This document shows, piece after piece, positions 40,339 through 51,495 of a DNA stretch of 64,000 nucleotides; the first letter of the stretch is position 1; every line of letters begins with the position of its first letter. The notes beneath the pieces are model-generated. The model ran no database searches and was not told where the DNA came from. It saw only the letters and a program-made list of their open reading frames with translations. Where the stretch lies: assembly GCA_002633005.1 (NCBI GenBank), contig NMRA01000072.1:919957-983956 (forward strand), in the 5' to 3' direction. Source of the DNA: Phoronis australis (lineage: Eukaryota > Animalia > Phoronida). The position numbers and the translations under genes were made by a program.

Positions 40339-41721
40339 CTCCGAGTTGAGCTTGAGGAACCGTGTGCAGGTGTTGTTGAGGCTGTAGGCCGCGAATGGTT
40401 TGTGACAATGCAACACCAGAGGGCGCTTGACTCAAATGGTATGAAGTGGCAGATGTGCGTAGTACATCTTGCTGAGTTGACTGATTGGTTAATGTAAATG
40501 CCGTGTGCGCGGGCACAGTCGTGGAAATTGTTGACACAAGAGAATTCTGTAAATTCTGCTCCGCCGACATGTTGTGGTTGTTTTGAATAAAGCCTAAAAG
40601 AGCTTGGGCATCCTGTGCTCGGACCACTGCTGGCTGCTGGAGATGGCTAAGATTCTGCATAGTGGGTAGAGGGGTGGGGTGAGGGGTGGGGAGAGGGGTG
40701 GGGAGAGGAGTTGGAAGGGGGGTGGGCAGGGCGCTGTTGTAGTGGGAGGTAACGGGTAGATGGTGGGTGGTCGCGTGGGACATGGTGGGGTTCAGTATAG
40801 CCGAGTAGCTGGTCTGAGGTGGTGTGGCATGCATGGCTGGCCGTTGCTGGTGGAAGTTGGCGAACAGATGTTGAGGCAGGTTTGTGGTGTTAGTCTGCAT
40901 GTGTTGGATGTGAGGTTGGACATGTAGCGGTTGACTGACCACCTGCTGGGATGGCGATGATCGGATAATGGTGTCCTGTACCGTGCTCGGGGTTGCCGTG
41001 GTACCGATCACCTCGGCAACAGCAGCGTTCAACAGCGTGTTAGGGTAGCTCAACTGTAGAACGGCCAGAGCTGTATTCTCCAATGTTTTCTCAAGACTCA
41101 TACTTTTTGTGTGATCTCGGTGCTGCCTCATATGGCTGCGCAGCGAGTCATCGCGGACAAACTCGGACCCGCACACGTCACACTTGTAGCACTTCTTGCA
41201 CAATGCCTTGATCTTCTGCTGTTTACCTTTACCCGTAGACCTCTGTGGAGGCTGTTGCTGAGCACTACCATGTTGCTGGGCTGCGGTCGTCATAGAAACA
41301 TGGTTGTCAACGACACTTGTCTGTATGACAGGCTGCTGGTGCTGATGGTCGTCCATCTGATGAGTCATAATGGACACAATCTGCACCCCCTCCCTCTCAA
41401 TGGGTCTCTTAATGTGATACTTCTCCGGGTGCTTCTTCTTGATGTGTGTGTAGACGTTTCCTTTCTGCCGCGAGGTGTAGTCACAGTACTCGCACTTGAA
41501 CGGCTTCTCGTTGCTATGGATACGCATGTGGTTCTTTAACGCCGCCTTGTTGTGGCACTGGTAGATGCAGCCCTCTATTGGGCACTCCAGAGGCTTCGGC
41601 GGCCCGTGCATTTTGCGGTGATTACGTAGAATTTTCCTAGATGGCACACACTGGCCGCAGTAGTCACACTTAAACTCATTGGAGTTGTTATGGTTAATCT
41701 TCATGTGACTCTTTAAATTTC
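40339..41721 (-). CDS. ZFP64: ZFP64 exon 7 (last C2H2 fingers plus Q/H/P/T-rich tail); if unspliced it reads on to a stop at 40328
   Basis: Acceptor TTTACTAATTTCCAG|GA gives GNLKSHMKINH. Contains CDVCGSEFVRDDSLRSHMRQH, matching the isolated C-terminal finger of ZFP64. Donor GGAG|GTAAGA at 40339/40338. Confidence 0.9.
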
Positions 41722-42791
41722 CTGGAAATTAGTAAACATTTTTATTTCTAAACAACTTAATCAGGACTGTGAAGTACACTTGACATGACGAAATTAATTC
41801 TTTTTCGTCCCAAACCGCATAGTTGCCTTACATAAACTTTCGAAATACCTGACGCCTAATACCTTCCTGAGTGCGTAACAGGTGGCACTGCTCACAGTAC
41901 ATATGGTACTCAGGTCAAGTTGTAAGCGCAGGACTTTCAAGATACAAGAACAAAATTTTAGTTACTTACAATGCAATGACTCAAGTTGCTTCTGTAACTA
42001 TGCCCACCTTGAACAACCGTATGCAAATTGCACGATTACACAGAAACACAATTGAATTTTGTTTTTTGCACACATCCACTCACGCACATACACACAAATA
42101 AATGAGCACAAGCAAACATATACATACAAATGTAGTCATCACTTACGCGGTAACAATAGTATCTAATATTTACCTCTCATCTACTATGAACTGTGATGAG
42201 GGCACTTACAACTCAGCCTGGTCTACATCGTACTGAGCTCAGCGCTTCCTGTTAGGCACTGAGGAAGGCATCAGCAGTCACGTAAATGCCGAAAATTTCT
42301 GAGATAATTATGCATTTTTGATGAAAAAATGAACTGCGCCATGTCAGAAATCTTATTTTTTACTCAGACATAAACAGAACAGTGCAAGACATTACATGGG
42401 AAAGTAATCCAGTACAATAATCTAGGATTCCCCATAATGACAGCTGAGTGCGAGCGAAATTCCGTCATAGTACCTGTCCACACCATAATTAGGAATGAAG
42501 AAGAAAATTAACAAGGGTGTAAAAGGCTTTACATTCTGGGACTTTTACTATGCAAACTTCTCGAATAACTTTTATACTGCAGTAACAACATATGAACTAC
42601 AGCAGTACTGGAGAAAAGTTTATACAACCTAACTTCTTCAAAGTTGTAACAAAATCATTGAAACTTTTTCAAAGTAAAGAAGTTCTTAAGCTTAGTCTCA
42701 GTGATAGGTGTTGTTGTAGAAATTCACATAAATAATACCAAATCAAACTTGTCAGGGCCACAGCCATGTCCACAGCCATCCACCAGCTTAC

Positions 42792-42994
42792 CTTTAATAC
42801 TGCAACGGTAATCACAGAAATCGCACTTGTATGGCTTCTCGCCCGTGTGCATTCTCATGTGCCGCTTCAGGTCGGAGTTGATCTTGAACTTGGCCGAGCA
42901 GATCTGGCACTGGAATGGTGCGTCGCCTGTGTGCGTGCGCAGGTGTACAATCAGTTGGCTGGAGTTGCGGCTGGCATACGGACAAATCTGGCAC
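42792..42994 (-). CDS. ZFP64: ZFP64 exon 6
   Basis: CQICPYASRNSSQLIVHLRTHTGDAPFQCQICSAKFKINSDLKRHMRMHTGEKP is almost identical to human ZFP64. TTTAAG| acceptor, |GTAAGC donor, phase 2 to 1. Confidence 0.93.
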
Positions 42995-43883
42995 CTTAAA
43001 CAGCAAGTGGCGTGCTCATTGGCATCATAGTCAAATGTCCAATGCAAAAATTTTCTACCTTGTAAGTCACATCAACAACAGTGTCTCAGTACCTAGCTGA
43101 CCTTGACTATCAACCGAAAGGTTGTAGGTTCAATCCCTGTGGCTGCTGAAGTCATGTACAGGATACTGTCCAACTTGATAGTCACTCGTTTAAAGATCCT
43201 GATTTCTTTTTTTTAAAACAACATATAAATCCATTTTAGTAATTATAATATGAAAACATTTCATTTTCTGTTTGTTAAGTAAAATTATAATCACATTTTC
43301 AATCTTTCCCTTTCGGGTTACCATATACATCACATTTCTCAAGCGAAAACCAAGATAAAAGAAATCTGCGCCATTTTCAGAAAGAATGAACAACTACTTG
43401 AATACGGCAGTTGCAACTGCTCACTGGCATGAGCCCTGAGTCTGCATAGGGTAACCTTTGAAGGAATATACCCAAATATTTGAATTCCATTAGAAACGTC
43501 AAAATCCATGAAAGAAGTCAGTTTCTGCAAAATCTGCCTGTTTTATGTTATTGTGGAAAATCTGGGCCTCCACTACAAATAGTTGCTGTAAATAACAACC
43601 AAGGATGGATTCTGTTAGTGCACGAATGTCATGGAAAAGCAAAATCACCCAATACTATGCAAAACTATGTGAGTGAAAGGCCAGTTTTTCATGAGTATCA
43701 TCAGCACATTACAAGCATACCCTAGCAAAATGGTTGCCCCTAAAGTCGGTAGTCAGTGGAGTTGGGTTGCTGAATTACAGACTAGAATTCAACGTTTGAG
43801 ATCCACAGTGAAGATTTCTAGCCGCATGTGCTTGGCGAGTGTCTAGGGTCTACGAAGCCCAGTACAGGATCAGATATACTTAC

Positions 43884-43956
43884 TTGAATGGCCTCTCTCC
43901 TGTGTGCACGCGGACGTGCTTCCTCAAGCTACTACTGTCAGCTGCTGCATAGTCGC
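43884..43956 (-). CDS. ZFP64: ZFP64 exon 5, copy A (CDYAAADSSSLRKHVRVHTGERPF)
   Basis: TTTTAG| acceptor, |GTAAGT donor, 73 nt, phase 1 to 2; matches human CDYAAADSSSLNKHLRIH. Only one copy can be used in frame. Confidence 0.75.
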
Positions 43957-44338
43957 CTAAAACCAAACAACAAATGGCCAGCAGTGAGTAACAGTTGCCG
44001 TGAAAAATTGCAGCAATTTCATTGTATTAAGTTTTATAACAAGAGCAACGCAGAGCGTTGAAATGCGCCCACAATTGCACCGCATACGGTATCCTTCTAG
44101 GGTTGTTTATTGGTACCACTTTAAAGTGGCCAGTAGAGAGCATATATGTAGTATGTTGTACTTAGCAAAATGGAAAGGCATGGTCATTGTCTCCTCAATA
44201 GGCTAGGGGCAAAATGTGAGTAATCTTCATAATACAAGCACATCCTATACACCAGTTGCTTAAAGCACCACAGAAACATAGAANGCTTGGCGAGTGTCTA
44301 GGGTCTACGAAGCCCAGTACAGGATCAGATATACTTAC

Positions 44339-44411
44339 TTGAATGGCCTCTCTCCTGTGTGCACGCGGACGTGCTTCCTCAAGCTACTACTGTCAGCTGC
44401 TGCATAGTCGC
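44339..44411 (-). CDS. ZFP64: ZFP64 exon 5, copy B (identical to 43884-43956)
   Basis: Same 73-nt exon with the same splice sites. Confidence 0.75.
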
Positions 44412-44848
44412 CTAAAACCAAACAAGAAATGGCCAGCAGTGAGTAACAGTTGCCGTGAAAAATTGCAGCAATTTCATTGTATTAAGTTTTATAAAAAGGC
44501 CCGTGCTGCATGACAAGAGTGTTGACGTTTTCAAATTAAAGTGCATGTCAGAGAAAGACAAGGGTGGAGTGAAGGGATGGAGTGAAGAGATGGAATGCAG
44601 GGCATTTAATTTCATTCCTTACCATTAAAGGTTTTTCTTTAAAAATCCCCTTCATTCACATCTAATAATCATTTCAATCAATTCAAACAAATCAAAACTA
44701 CTATTTCACTAGCTGGAGCACAATGATGACCTAAAGATTGTACATAAGTCAGCCTGTCAGAGTTTCAACAAAATATATCATTACCGTCATAACACATCGT
44801 ATGTCTATCTCACTATGCATAACACCAGTATATCCAGAAGAGACTCAC

Positions 44849-45094
44849 ATTCATTGCACTTGTATGGCTTCGATCCTGTGTGTCCCCGCATGTGGATCTT
44901 CAGCTTGTCATTGCGTGTGAACGTTTTGTTGCACAGGAGGCAACAAAATGGCCGCTCGCCCGTGTGCACACGCTTGTGTCGTTCAAGGTCGCGTTGGTAC
45001 TGCGTTGTGAAAGAACAGCCCTCCGCATCGCAGTCAAACTTACGTGATGCGCGTGGAGTCCACGTGACACCCGTGATCTTCGACGGGCTGAGAG
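44849..45094 (-). CDS. ZFP64: ZFP64 exon 4 (first C2H2 fingers)
   Basis: CCTTCCAG| acceptor, T|GTGAGT donor, 246 nt, phase 1-1; CDAEGC...HKRVHTGERPFCCLLCNKTFTRNDKLKIHMRGHTGSKPYKC. Confidence 0.9.
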
Positions 45095-45553
45095 CTGGAA
45101 GGATACGCCAATCAGACAATAAGTATCCTGATTAAACATTACAGACATGACCACTGTCACAGTCAGCTTTATCAAATGCTGCTCGCAATTTTGATTTACT
45201 ACAAGTTAAAAAAATATCCCATTTCATTTTAATATTACAGCATACCCTGAGCTGTACTGGATTATATTTACATGAGACATGAAATATGAAAAGTAATTTT
45301 TCTATTATTGCAAACACTTAAATATTCAAAACACTTTAACATGCACTTCTGAAACTTACACAACACATGTCTAGGAAAACAATAATTTATGCAATTTAGT
45401 AAAAAATAACAAAAAAGAATTTCAGCAAGCTGATTTGCCACAGGCTTTTTACCAACCGAATGACAAATTTGTAGATACAATATATCAAAACATGGCTATT
45501 CGTAATGTTCATTCACACACGCCATTTCACACTATCTTAGTTCAACTACTTAC

Positions 45554-46370
45554 GTGCTCCATGTTCATCATGGGTGATAATTTGGGGAGTACTGCCCTCA
45601 ACAGTAGAGGTGGTGGAACTGGAGACACTATCACCACTAGATGGCGGAATCAGCACCTGGATGGTGGCAGCTGCTCTTCCATTGTTGTCAACACCCTCTG
45701 CTGGCTGAACAACAACTGTGTATGAGCCCTGGGTAGAGAGGCTTTCCACTGACTGTTCTGGCTTGGTACCAGCATCTTGACCCAATTCCATTGCAGTGCC
45801 AGCTTCAGTCTGGGCTTGGCTGACTGGCTGCAAAGTGACATCTGTTTCCATCTGCTCACCAAGGGCATGTTCCACTGCTTGTGTGCCAGCTTGACTTGTT
45901 CCATCGGCTTGACCAACTGCCTGGGTCTGTATAGCGATGACGGAGCCATGTTGTGTGACACCGTCAACAGCAGGGACTGTGATGGTTGTCAGAGGGTGAC
46001 TGACCACAGCTTGGCTGGAAGGTATGGAGGTCGCAAACAGGACCGGGTGACTGAACAGGGCGTGGTTGGGTGAGATGGTAAGTGCATGGCTGGGCTGAAC
46101 TGTGACCACTTGGGTTGAGTCAGACTGGAGCTGGTCAGGCTGGCACTTGAATGTCTGCTCTGTCTGAACGGTTACCGACTGCTTCTGTTGAACAGTGCGG
46201 GTACAGGTCAAGTCCAGACCAGACGCGTCGATGGTGGGCGTGTCTGCCGCGTGTGTAGCCTCACTGACAGGCTTAGCGAGGCTTTCACTTCCATCTGTTG
46301 TTGGCTGGGCTTCTACAGTCAACTGCTGGGGGCTAGACTGGGTCTCACAGGATGTAACAGTAGCTGTGTT
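45554..46370 (-). CDS. ZFP64: ZFP64 exon 3 (T/Q/S/V-rich low-complexity region)
   Basis: TTTTGTTCATTTCAG| acceptor, C|GTAAGT donor, 817 nt open frame; phase 0 to 1 fits both neighbouring exons. Confidence 0.85.
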
Positions 46371-46686
46371 CTGAAATGAACAAAAATCTCTAAAGATAAC
46401 CGTCAAAGGGCTTCAACAATCCACCAAAGCAAATTTATGTTCAGCACAAAAATAAATGTTCTTGGATTTGACATGTGCAACACACAACAGTGCTAATTGC
46501 AGACTTTAAATGTGAGTGGATTTGAAAATGTTTGTTTGATGACAACTATATTACAGTATATTCTATATAGGTCTGAAATCTAAATCAACAATCAAGTCCC
46601 ACTTCACGAACTTCAAACTGGAATATGGCAATGACTCTTCCAGTCAAAGCAATCAGTACGGTCAGCATGGGGTTTGACAGACATAC

Positions 46687-46802
46687 CGTACAAACTGAGG
46701 TTCTCTTTTTATCTTCTTCACAGCCAATCCTCTTGTGATTAATAAACGTTTCTATTGTGTTGAACTCACTCCGACACAGTCCACAGATGTGAATGTCAGT
46801 CC
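46687..46802 (-). CDS. ZFP64: ZFP64 exon 2 (N-terminal atypical C2HC finger DIHICGLCRSEFNTIETFINHKRIGC)
   Basis: TTCTTTAG| acceptor, |GTATGT donor, 116 nt; matches human ZFP64 DIHICGICKQQFNNLDAFVAHKQSGC. Missed by the ORF track. Confidence 0.9.
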
Positions 46803-48496
46803 CTAAAGAATAAAAATAAGATATTGACAGTGGGAGGCTCTTCTCCAGCTATCACAAAGAATACTACAACAGTAACCAGAATGAACCAGTTGACTGTGCG
46901 TTGTACATATACACACATAACAACCATTCATGGCTTACATTAAGAATGTGTGGTTGACAGATTTGTACAGGTAGAGTGGATAAACTTTATTACCGTCTCC
47001 CTTCAGAGATTTACACGAATACCGTTCATGGTGTTAGACAGGTTAGAGTCAGTGAAATATACAATCGAAATTAAAGTGCTTTGATGGCGCGACTTTTGGT
47101 GAAACTGCCTAAAAAAACTGAGTATGAAGAAAGGAAGCCATTTACAACAGAGACAACACCACCCAAAATAATAAATACCACACTGAGGATGATATTGAAG
47201 GTCAAGTCGTAAACAACACCAATAATTCCGCCAGAAACGCTGACAAAAACATTGGGGAAGGTGATGATGCAGCCTTCAACACTGATAACAACATTGATCC
47301 ACCAACAACGATTGTGGAGCTGCAAATATCGATGAGGTCAATGACCTGAATGCCAAGAACAAAAATGATACTGATGATAGTCGCGCTACAAGACTCCCAC
47401 GCATGTAATATGACCAACGAGGTTGACCACAGTGACTCCAATGACAACGCTAAAAATGACATCCCTTAAATGACTATAGAGTTAGAGCTCAGCAAAAGTG
47501 AAACATTCGAAGAATGACTGTCAATTAAAGCGCCACCTAGTGTCCGATTTTGACCAAAGGTGATAACCCTCAAGCTATAGTTGAGTTGGAAGCTGCGTGT
47601 AAATTTCTTGTTGATAGGTCGTACAAATGACAGGAAATGTTTAGAACCAGAAAAGCATCTGAAAAATGGTCAATGCACCACCATCTTGCCTCCAACTTGA
47701 AAACACAAAACGTCGAGTTTTTTACATTACCTGTTGTATTATACTGCAGGCATCAAAACGTGCTCATTTTTATAACCACTAAATCATAAGGAAAACTATT
47801 TTAAACGAATAACACTAACGGGTAATTCTTATTTTGAGGATTATATAGAAATGACATGTAGGCTTGGAATTTATTTGCAGATGGTTCACAGGGCAGGTGT
47901 TGGTGCAGCAATTATGTATTGTCCAACTGTGGTGACTGATCTCGGGAAATATATGGCTACAAGAATGTACAAACAGTTTTGGAACGATGTGGATGGCAAA
48001 ACTGGCAAAGTAAAATCTGACACAAAAAAACGTAATATCATTAAACGTACACTCGCTCTCTGCTCATTCTCCGATGAACTGTTCACCAAAAAGTTGCATA
48101 CAGTTCGCAACAAATTACTGGAAATGGTTTCAATTCGTTGAATGTAAATCTTTAAAAACATCCATCAAAACGAATTTCTGAGCACAAATTTTGCTTTAGC
48201 AAAGTTGTGATCACTTCCCGAAAGATGTCCCATAAAATCAAGCAAATGGCACATATGCAAGTCATGAGCGTACTGTTTTTAGGTCAATAATAGGTTTTTC
48301 TTTTTACAAGTCAGAGAATGACACAATTCTCCAGTCTGGTTGGTAGTTCTACGTGTTCACACAAGTTACCAGGCAGTGCAAAATGTCAAGGTCAACATAA
48401 AATTAAGATGCATCATTCCCCATCTGTATTTTGATGTCAATCTACACATAGGCGATAACATCGCCAGTGGATGCCACTGGCGTCCACGCGCGATAG

Positions 48497-48994
48497 CTAG
48501 ACAGTACCGCCAACTCAACAGGCCCCAGTAGAGACGGTGGTCATCCATATGCCTAGAAGCTTTTCGGGAAATCATAACTCCCACTGATTAAACCATCTAA
48601 GTCATGTTGCTATAAGTACCTTGTGCGCATGGAGGGACACCTTAGGAGGCCTTTGATGTCTTTAACTCTTCCTAGCTCGAACAAATACTCATGCAATCAC
48701 ACTTTTTTTCTAACAGTCCTTCGTTCAGTAGCTCAAATTGGCAATTGGCCACTTTCAGGTTTCACTGCTTACACCAGGGGACGTCATGTTTGCAGTTTGT
48801 TCGAGCTAGGAAGAGTTAAAGACATCAACAGTCTCCTAAGGTGCCCATCTATGCGCAAAAGGTACTTATAGCAACATGAAGCTGATGGTTTAATCACTGT
48901 GAGCCGTAATTCACAGAAAAGCTTCAAGCATATGGAGGGCTTGTGGTATGACCCGGACGTCTCTACAGGGGCCAGTTGAAACGGTTGTACTAAG
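48497..48994. mobile_element. Fold-back MITE with approx. 190-bp arms and an apparent 7-bp TSD; partial copies at approx. 49070-49255 and 62166-62520
   Basis: GCGATAG|CTAGAC...GGCCCCAGTAGAGACG...CGTCTCTACAGGGGCC...ACTAAG|GCGATAG. The arms are near-perfect inverted repeats (TCTTTAACTCTTCCTAGCTCGAACAAA / TTTGTTCGAGCTAGGAAGAGTTAAAGA). Confidence 0.8.
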
Positions 48995-49559
48995 GCGATA
49001 GATATCCCCATTAAAAAGTTACTCATTTCAAAATGCACCCAGTAACATTGAATGAAGCATGCACAGACATTTTTAACACTGTGTGCGGCGGTGGTATGAC
49101 AACAGACACCATGTGCACTGTGTAAAAATGGCCAGTAACTGATTTTTCCTGGAACTAAACGAGGGACAGCTTGAACAAAAAGTTTGATAATTGGAGTATT
49201 TGTTCGAGTTGGAAGCAATTAAAGACATGGACGGCCTCCTAAGGTATCCCTCAATGTGAAAAAGCAGTACTGTAGTGGGGCATAGGCCCACGTAGGCGCA
49301 GCCAACCACCTTTTGGCATTTAAACGTAGTTCCTACGCACCGCAAGTTACGTTATTGTGGGATGTAGGCGCAGCCAACCATCTTTTTACATCTTAACGTA
49401 GTGCCTAAGCACAGTAAGTGATGGTATAGTGGGGCATAGTCTTGATACAATAGCTTACGATATTGATGTACTGATACGCTGACGACAGCATTGTTGCAGA
49501 ATATTCCATACGTCATGGTCAATTTATGCAAAACGTGAACATGGAGTGACTTGACAATG

Positions 49560-50002
49560 ATGAGCAGTCATTTTTCTCTATTCTGGGCATCTTGGACTCC
49601 AAAACCATGGCCGATGGGATCCAAGATAAAACATGGCGAGCACGAAGTCAGGCGTATATGCGATCTGTTTGGGCTGGTTGCCACAACGGCAATCAGAGGA
49701 ATGCATGAGTTCCGCAAAAAACGGAGGAGAGGGTTAGAGTAGACAACCTACCAATTGCTACGTGACAACTGGACCTCTGCATCGAGACTTTTCTCGCAGT
49801 ACAGCTGAATGTGATCGAGGATTCAGCGAAATGAGCCGCGGATAGTAAGAGACAACGCTGTTGTTTGCTATTAGAAACTACCTCCAGCTCGCTGTTTGGG
49901 AAGGTCAATAGTTCCCCGCTTTTCATGTTCGACCCACAACCTTATGCCAAAATGTGGATGATTCGACATCACGGAACTGCTGACAGTTCTCAGCCCAGAT
50001 AA
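49560..50002 (+). pseudogene. Decayed hAT transposase C-terminus (KIAA1586/ZNF862-like), including the dimerisation domain
   Basis: Frameshifted pieces WP...HGEHEVRRICDLFGL...IRGMHEF, STAECDRGFSEM (hATC motif STAxCERGFS) and SLFGKVNSSPLFMFDPQPYAKMW...HGTAD. Confidence 0.75.
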
Positions 50003-50396
50003 TCATGCAACTTGGAAAAGAACAAGACTGTCGACAAAAAAGTTTTTGGAGGATTCTGTAACAATTACATAAAGCACCCTATCTTTGGAGTGGACACTAG
50101 TACCTGGTATTTTACTAACTTTAAAATTAAATTAAAAAATAAGAACAGTAGCTTGAAACAAAACCCTGCTTTAAGTTTGTGCATTATATATGAGTGTATG
50201 CATGTGTGCACACACTGTACTGTGGTGCCACCTATCAGGTACATAGTGCGTGAAACTCATTGAAACATCGCTGCTTGGGTATATAACATCATGTTTGTGT
50301 AATTAGTCTCTGAAGTGAACGGAGTAACATATGTTCATTGAGTAATGAAATATTAGATTAATATTTCAAGATCAAGTAACAATTATAGTGTCATAC

Positions 50397-50610
50397 CATA
50401 GGCGGATAAAAGGGGTCTGAAGGGCCCTGAGGACACACCCTACGGGTGACTAAAAACGCCGCCAGCATATCGTTTCTGGGAGTTACATGCTTACTTTCCT
50501 TTAAAATTGTGTTTAACCCCCCTTCAGAGATCCCATGGAATGCACGCGGACTTTTGCCTTCTTATATGTGTGGTTGGGCCCCTTTCTGCGACATCCTAGA
50601 TTCGCCACTG
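50397..50610. mobile_element. hAT-like MITE with 5-bp TSD
   Basis: CATAC|CATAGGCGGAT...AGATTCGCCACTG|CAGAC. Confidence 0.55.
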
Positions 50611-50786
50611 CAGACTTGAAGCAAATACCCACTCGTGTGTCAAAAATAGGCCTACGTGTTTGTGAGTCAGGTTTTTCAAATTCAATGCACTTTTAAAATT
50701 CAGTGCTCAAGGTGATACGGTGGGCATTGAGCACCTTCTTACCTCTAATTTTACAACTACAGCACTGTGCAAAAGATACTTTTAAC

Positions 50787-50892
50787 CACAGGCGTCCTCA
50801 GGTTCTGATCGCGTCCCCAATACACTACATATAATATTACCTTGTAGTATTATATGTAGTGTATTGGGGACGATCAGCTAAGGACGCCTGTG
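50787..50892. mobile_element. 106-bp hairpin MITE with perfect 8-bp TSD (hAT-type)
   Basis: CTTTTAAC|CACAGGCGTCCT...CGTCCCCAATACACTACATATAATA-loop-TATTATATGTAGTGTATTGGGGACG...AGGACGCCTGTG|CTTTTAAC. Confidence 0.85.
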
Positions 50893-51464
50893 CTTTTAAC
50901 TTTGATGTTTTAGTCGAATGAAGCTCCTATAGGAGATACACAGTCTCTACTGAGCCAGCCAGAGACGGTGCTCACTGTTTATACTTACCCAAGCCATTGA
51001 CAGTTACATGTCCAGAGGAAGTATGAAGATTTTTTCAATTTTCCCATGAAATTTCACTGCCCCGCGGAATAAAGAACGTGTGTTTTTGTTAAAATACTTT
51101 TATTTATTTTCACCCTGCATGTAGATAGAAAATTAGTTTCCGCAGGATGAATCGTGCGCCATTTTGATGACCCGGGTTTTGAAAACACCTTTTAGAAAAT
51201 TAACAAACATCTGAGTTCTCGCTTCAAAACTGAGAATCAAGTGCGCATCGTCAATTTCATTATAAAACCAAGCGCCTGATGTTTTACACCAACTTCTCTC
51301 ATGTCTCAATGTTTACAATAAACGACAACTTTTTGTGCACATTAGGGGCCGCGATGAATTGACACGGCCCCGATTTGCCCAAAACCAGCAAATGACAAAG
51401 AGAACAATTTCAAAGCAATTTCTTCGTGTGAAAAATTAAACTTAAAATGACAATTTCCGGTTAC

Positions 51465-51495
51465 CTAAACCTGGATCTGTGGAAGAAGTGGCCAT
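51465..51495 (-). CDS. ZFP64: ZFP64 exon 1 coding part (MATSSTDPGL+G)
   Basis: TCCATGGCC start in a CpG-rich segment. The phase-1 donor TTAG|GTAACC joins in frame to exon 2 (G-TDIHIC). The spliced CDS is 959 aa if exon 7 is unspliced, or 1006/1020 aa with the downstream exons. Confidence 0.65.

Larger units (their letters stand above)
43830..44494. repeat. Approx. 210-bp near-identical direct duplication across the single N at 44284 (probable haplotype-overlap assembly artefact)
   Basis: 43830-44039 equals 44285-44494 apart from one visible substitution, and the second copy begins right after the N. Confidence 0.8.
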
